Of a stretch of DNA of 64,000 nt, positions 58,129 through 64,000 are shown one piece after another (the stretch's first letter is position 1; every line of letters begins with the position of its first letter). Under the pieces are notes generated by a model. That model did no database searches. It worked only from the letters and a program-made list of their open reading frames with translations, and was not told the DNA's origin. The translations under genes and the position numbers were made by a program. The stretch is from the NCBI RefSeq assembly GCF_009914755.1, contig NC_060931.1. One strand, 5' to 3'. The DNA comes from the human T2T-CHM13v2.0 reference genome, Homo sapiens.

Positions 58129-58758
58129 TAGTAAGGAATTCTTCCCTATGAGGTCACACAGGGACTGTCAAAAGACATGAAACTCTCCATTTAAGTCCCC
58201 TCATGCCTCTTTAAATTGCCCCATCAATTTTCACCTGAAACTTTACCATTGCTATCCTCTTCTTTTAAACAGTCTCTGCTGACACCAGTCTCTCTAATTT
58301 TTAAACTAATTCTCTCAACACCTTTTATTTAAATCCCTAAATGCAATGATATAATAAAGATGAAGTAAATTTTGGCTGCTGCCCAAATTCTGTTCTAAAA
58401 ATTCCTCCATTCCTCTTGCAAGGAAAAAAAAAGTTACTCTGAATAGATATTTTAAAACCCAAAGCCAATTGAATTTCATTTTAGTTACTCAAATTCAATT
58501 GCTCATCAGATGAGAAAACAAATTCCATAACCAAAGCCACTGTGGATTTTAGAAGGTAGCAGTTTTTGCGCTCTCCCTTACTCAAGCTATGTTTCCATAA
58601 ACTGAGAGCTAAGTCTTCGTTTGTAGTGAGTTAAATCTAGAGTCAAACTTACAATTTTATGATCAAATCACATTGACTACAACACAAAAGACACATGATT
58701 ATAATACATGCATGCTATATTTGGAAAATTATTCTAAGAAGAAAATGAAGTAACTTAC

Positions 58759-58924
58759 TTGCAAGTGAATGGAAGTCCTTTATTCCTAGTACATCTATTA
58801 GCACATTGGTCTGCAGTATTCACTTTTTTGGTTTTTATCTTCAGTGCTGGATCTATTTTGATTAGGGTAGTCTTTGCTGATTTTTTGAATTCATGAATTG
58901 TATTTCTTCTTTTCCTTTGTCCCT
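58759..58924 (-). CDS. HGF: HGF exon 2 (166 nt), mature N-terminus and N/PAN domain, [15 protein letters not shown]...GLPFTCK
   Basis: AATAG|AGGGA acceptor, CAA|GTAAGT donor; ORF 58755..58937. Confidence 0.98.
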
Positions 58925-61900
58925 CTATTAAATACAAAATGTTTTAAAAAAATAAACATTGGAGAAATGTTTTTAAGGCTCATATATAAAAAAAATCCTA
59001 AGGATCATCTACAAGAAAGTGATTTTACTTGACAATATACTAGATTTCCAGGGGTTAGGAGCAGAGTGAGGTAGGGAATAGTTAAGAGAAAGAGAGGAAT
59101 ATTGTAATCAAGGAAAAACAAATAACTTGTCATGTAGAGTCACTCATTTACATTCTTTCAAATTAAGGAGCTTTTAAAAATCAGGACAGAGTTCACACTA
59201 AAGAAATAAATAACATGATATTTTCCAAACATCATGAAAGGAAATATCAGTGCTAGAAGCATATCATATCATGCTTTATAATTAAACTTTTCATTTCCTT
59301 CTACAATTGGTCCTCATATACGTTATAGTATTTAATGAGATAAGCCAACACAAAGACAGGCGAGAAACGTCTCACTAAAAACTGTACAGTGGACAAATTC
59401 TTCTGACCTACTCTTTAAAGTCTTTCATGTTATTCATATTTTAGCCCCTCTCTCCTCCTTTAGTGCATAAATGTTTTCTGTGCTTTTGGACACTATTTCT
59501 TGGTATCACCGAACTATTTGTCTTGAGATCAAGCCAAATGCTGTAAATCAAATGTATGTAAAACTTCATCCTTTAATGCAGCAATATCATTTTTCTTCAT
59601 GAAAATACAAGGCGCCTAGATAGCATGAAGCCTTCTACTGAAAATCTGAAAAACAGAACTAAAACATTCTAAAAGACCTAATCTTATGGATAACTTTAGT
59701 GTTTCAAAAACTTGTTCTCTGTATTCTCAATTTGCCCAAAATAGCCCCAATCTGTTAGTGATCAGCATCTTCACAATGCAGATCAAAATGTTTAATAGAG
59801 TGCAGCTATTGTGTAATAAGGATAGATGTGCTTGTGCCCCTCTGCCTGTCAATTCTTTTCAAACATGCTTATACCAAAGGCAGTAAGGATACATTCATTT
59901 TTCAGCCAAAGAAACCAAGACATAGAAAAAAATTAATTGACCACTTAGAAGATCTCAGATTGGAAACCCAGCAGGCTGACTTAAAAACCACCACTCTGAA
60001 CCACTGACCATGCCATCTGTAGCTAAGAATGGCTAAGATTGTAGTGGAAATATGGCATGTAACACTTTCCTGAAAATTTGGTTTAGAGCTAGCAGTAGAG
60101 AAGAAATGTGGATAGTAGAGCAGGAAATACATTCCTGATCTGAATCTGTGTTGAAATGTGTCAAAAAAGGAGAGTAAAAATTTGTGTGCACAAAATTTGG
60201 AAATACAACTAGCAGAGTGAGGTACCAAAAATGCCATCATACTCTAAGTTTGTCAGCAACCACTGGCTCCAGTTGGTTTATGAGATGAGCAGATGCTACT
60301 AATTAGTGTCCATCCTAATTTGAAGGCTGCAATAAATTAGAGAAAACACGAGGTCCTCTAAATTTCTGAATCTCTGTAAAACTCCAAAGCACAATCTCCA
60401 AAAGACAATACTAATTCCTGCAATGATGCTTTCATTTTTAATTTTGCTTTGCCTTACAGGATAGAATGGCTATGGTACAACAGATACAGTTTAAAAGACA
60501 TTTTAACATGAAAATGAAATCAACCAAAAATCTGTCAACATGTTATTTATTGAGCATGGACCAAATGCCTTGTACAACACTGGCAATCTTATTGACTTGT
60601 CAAATGACTTTTTAATTACCTGAAATGTTAACATCCCAATTTCTCAATCTAAAATATAAAAGTTATGTTAACATTAAACTGTAACCATTAAGTAAATATT
60701 TGAAAATCAATTTGGATTTTTAAAAATGTTATAAATACGCAAAGTTTTAGTTTTGTTTTTGAAATTTTATCCTTTAATCTCTGGCATGAAGAAGAAACTG
60801 TGATTCTTCCAAGCAAAGAAGGCATAATTCATTTCAAATTTTGATTTCTGTCACAGAACCATGTTAATAGGAGATAAGTTTTTCCATTAAGAGTTTCTCT
60901 TTCCTTTGACCTTATTACACTATTTCTAAGGTGCTTTGAAATGCTTCATAGCATAATAGTTTTATAATTTCCTGTATAAATTTGAATGTTTCTTAGAAAT
61001 AAATGATAGTTAATTGATGAAAAAAATCTATGAAACAACTATTCACCAAAATAGAAGAGTTTTATACACGTATTTCTTAAATATGTGTATAATTATATTA
61101 ACTAAAAATATAAAATTGAAGTTGGCCTGATATATAATCTATTTAGTATACATGTCTAAGTGTGAGGGAAAAGCCTAAAAATCAAAAAGTCTAAGACAAA
61201 TATTAAATGTGTAATGTATTTTAATGTATCAAATGAAACAAAATCTCTGGTCAATGCTCTGGTTTCTTTTCTCAATGCCACGCAAAATGAAGGCAAGCCA
61301 TGAAGAAGATTCTGGAGAGCAGAGGTCTCCGTGGAATTTTTGATTGTATTTAATTCTAAATCTCCTCAATTGTCCTACTGAAATGTGTTAATGTTTTGTT
61401 GTACCTCACAAAAACAGTCTACCCTTGCTTGCTGACAAATTTTCCAATCACTACCTTTCATCTAAAGATCGAAAAGCATTTTGAAAAACAAATAAATCTA
61501 TTATTTCCCTTTACTAGATAACAAATAGAAATGAAAAGCTTGTCTGGGGCTACAAAGCTATCAGGGGCAATCAGAACCAGACACCAGAATTCTCTTCTCA
61601 CTATTTTGTTCTCATGACATAGAAACTTTCCCTTTTAATTAAGTCATTTATACTAAGCCAGTAACTAATTACTCAAAAATATGAAGTTGGAGCTAATTGT
61701 ACATCATGTAATCCACACATCTATAAAATTAATTCCTTATACAATAAAAGAAAAATTCAAAACAGAAGTCATTCAAAAACAGCATCTGAAAATAAAATTC
61801 CTTTGCTGAAAATAGTTTCAACTTTCTCCTCCATATGTATTAACAACTGATGCTTGTTTTACTGAAAACAGTTAAAAGCCAAGCTTAATTTGGGAAGAAA

Positions 61901-64000
61901 CTCAAAAATATCTTTGGATCAGATTTTTCCCTACTATTTTTTGTGCGTGACTGTTAGCTGAAGTTTATAAACAAAATATTGAAATGAAATCAAAGGGTGA
62001 GAGATCACTACAAATTTGTCATGCTTTCCTGTGCTTTAAATTACAACTCCTTTTTCCTCTTCTCCCAGTATGGGAAAACATTCTGGAAGCTATATTTCCT
62101 GAAGAACCTGAAGTCCCTGTTTTAGAGCTGAAATCATTAGGATCCTAGTGAAAACCTACACACAGAAAGTAGGGTCAAATGTATCAAGGTGCTTGAAGAA
62201 AGACACATTTCTCCCTCTGGTCCCGGCACCTCACACTCATTTCTCTCAGTACCTCATATATTTTCTTCTCTGTGTGGACTAACCATTGACTTCAAAGGAA
62301 AATCATGCAAGGAAAGGATTTGCAGGGTGTGGAAAGAAGCAGGAATCTGGCTCCACATATTCTGAGAAACCTATCCACATGATTAGTGATGAAGAGATTC
62401 AAGTGGCAAGATGTTAAGATGAAAGTACACAAATAATTAATGGAAGGGAATGGTTGAGACTGGAGATTGTAAACTCTCCAAAGCCAAGAATTTCAAATAG
62501 AAGTCTAAATTTTCGTTGTTATTATCTAAGACATGGATTTTTGCAAATCGGCAGTCATCTCCCTTTCTTTAGAGAAGGCAACAATATCACAAATAAAGAT
62601 ACCAAGAAGACAGAGACTGTGTCAGATGTAAATCAAATGCTGATATTTGAGAAGCTGCAGCATCATCTCTTCCAAGGGGATTTACAAAATGAAGTGATGT
62701 TCAGTGTGATTTGAGGGGCCTCCCTAGGTATTTTCTTCCTTCTCCTTTCCAGTTCTTATTTAAGGTTTCATTCTTCTAGAAGCCTCATCCTGGCCTCCAC
62801 CTTCACTGTCTGTTTCTGCCTACAACTTTCCTTCCACACAGGAACTGAAGCAACCACACTGAAGAACAACTTCAATCAAGTACATTTTCAACAAAAAAAC
62901 TTTCAGCTGCTCGCATGACATTCATTTTAAAGACCACATGGTTGAGCATGACCTTCAATCCTATCCATTCTACCTCATCTTACTTTTCCACTCACAGACA
63001 ATATTCCCCATCACATGCCCAATACTTCTGCCTCAAATGCTTGCCTTCAGTTGCTGTGTGGGGTCCTTCCTGGGACATTCCTTATACTTACGAACCTCTG
63101 TACCTTGGGCCACTTGTGATCCTGTGCTAAGATACTGACTATTCTACCATCCATCTTTTCATATGGACTTCAGTACCATATAACCCCTTCACCTGGTTTG
63201 ATTCTCTATGCTGAAAATGAACTCTCAACCATAGTACAAAGTATTTCTAACAGGGTTTTTTGAAAATATATCACTTGGCCAAATGATTTTTTTTAAGTAA
63301 ATTTCAGTTGATTTCACTGCTGCTCGCTTCAATATAAATGAAAAAAGAAAAAAAAAAAACACCACATAGTTCATTCACATACATTTGGGTAGAAATCTCA
63401 GCTCTGTCCCTTAACTCACAAAGAAATAAGATAACTGAGGTCTTTGAACCGGCTAAATGAGTCCAATAGTGCCAATCTTATTAGAATTAAGTGAGATGTA
63501 CTTTACTACTTGGTTCATATCAGTTGCTCAACAAATTTAAGTTCCTTTCTTATTTGTTCATCTTTACATCCCCCACATACTCTTGAATATTAGGTGCTCA
63601 TTTAATGCTTCTTTTATTACAGAGGATTGGATATTTGTTTCCCATGTAGGTGGGAGTGAATAGAGGGTAATTCTATATAGGCTAACTCCTACAAAGATGG
63701 CGGGGGCCCATTATATTGAATATTTCTTAAGCTTTTAAAAAAGTATCTCCATAGTGTATTCTGTTGATAACTGGTTGTCAACTTACAGTATATACTTCTT
63801 TCCTAACAATGTGTTATTTTACAATACATACAAATATAAATTCATAGAATAAATAATTATAATCAAAGCTAGTAACAACAAAAGAAACCTCTAAATAGTC
63901 AATATTAAATGTCATTTAAAAAAGAACAAACTTTGTGTGTTCTAAGAGGCTACCCATATTTTTTATTTTAAAGGTTATTAAAAAAAACTATCAAACTGGC

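Overview
AT-rich mammalian (human-type; primate Alu elements) genomic DNA lying entirely inside the HGF (hepatocyte growth factor/scatter factor) gene on the minus strand. Coding exons 2-17 can be read with canonical AG/GT boundaries and splice into an uninterrupted HGF frame: N/PAN domain, kringles K1-K4, the LR/VVNG activation site and most of the inactive serine-protease-like beta chain. Exon 1/promoter (>64000) and exon 18 (<1) lie outside the window. Also present are the alternative exon 5 acceptor (dHGF, -5 aa), the NK1 read-through stop, the NK2 terminal exon 7b, and the intron 4 GATGATGAAA tandem repeat hit by the DFNB39 deafness deletions (intact alleles here). Introns contain many Alus, L1/MIR fragments, MLT1 LTRs, hAT/Tigger DNA transposon relics and microsatellites. 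I find no new gene or foreign system; most ORFs in the track are Alu-derived or random. The best leads are hypotheses about isoform control: stop codons just past each domain-boundary donor, a possible poison-cassette use of exon 7b, RNA-structure and motif features around the DFNB39 repeat, and inverted Alu pairs. Repeat family names come from recalled consensus sequences, not from a search.
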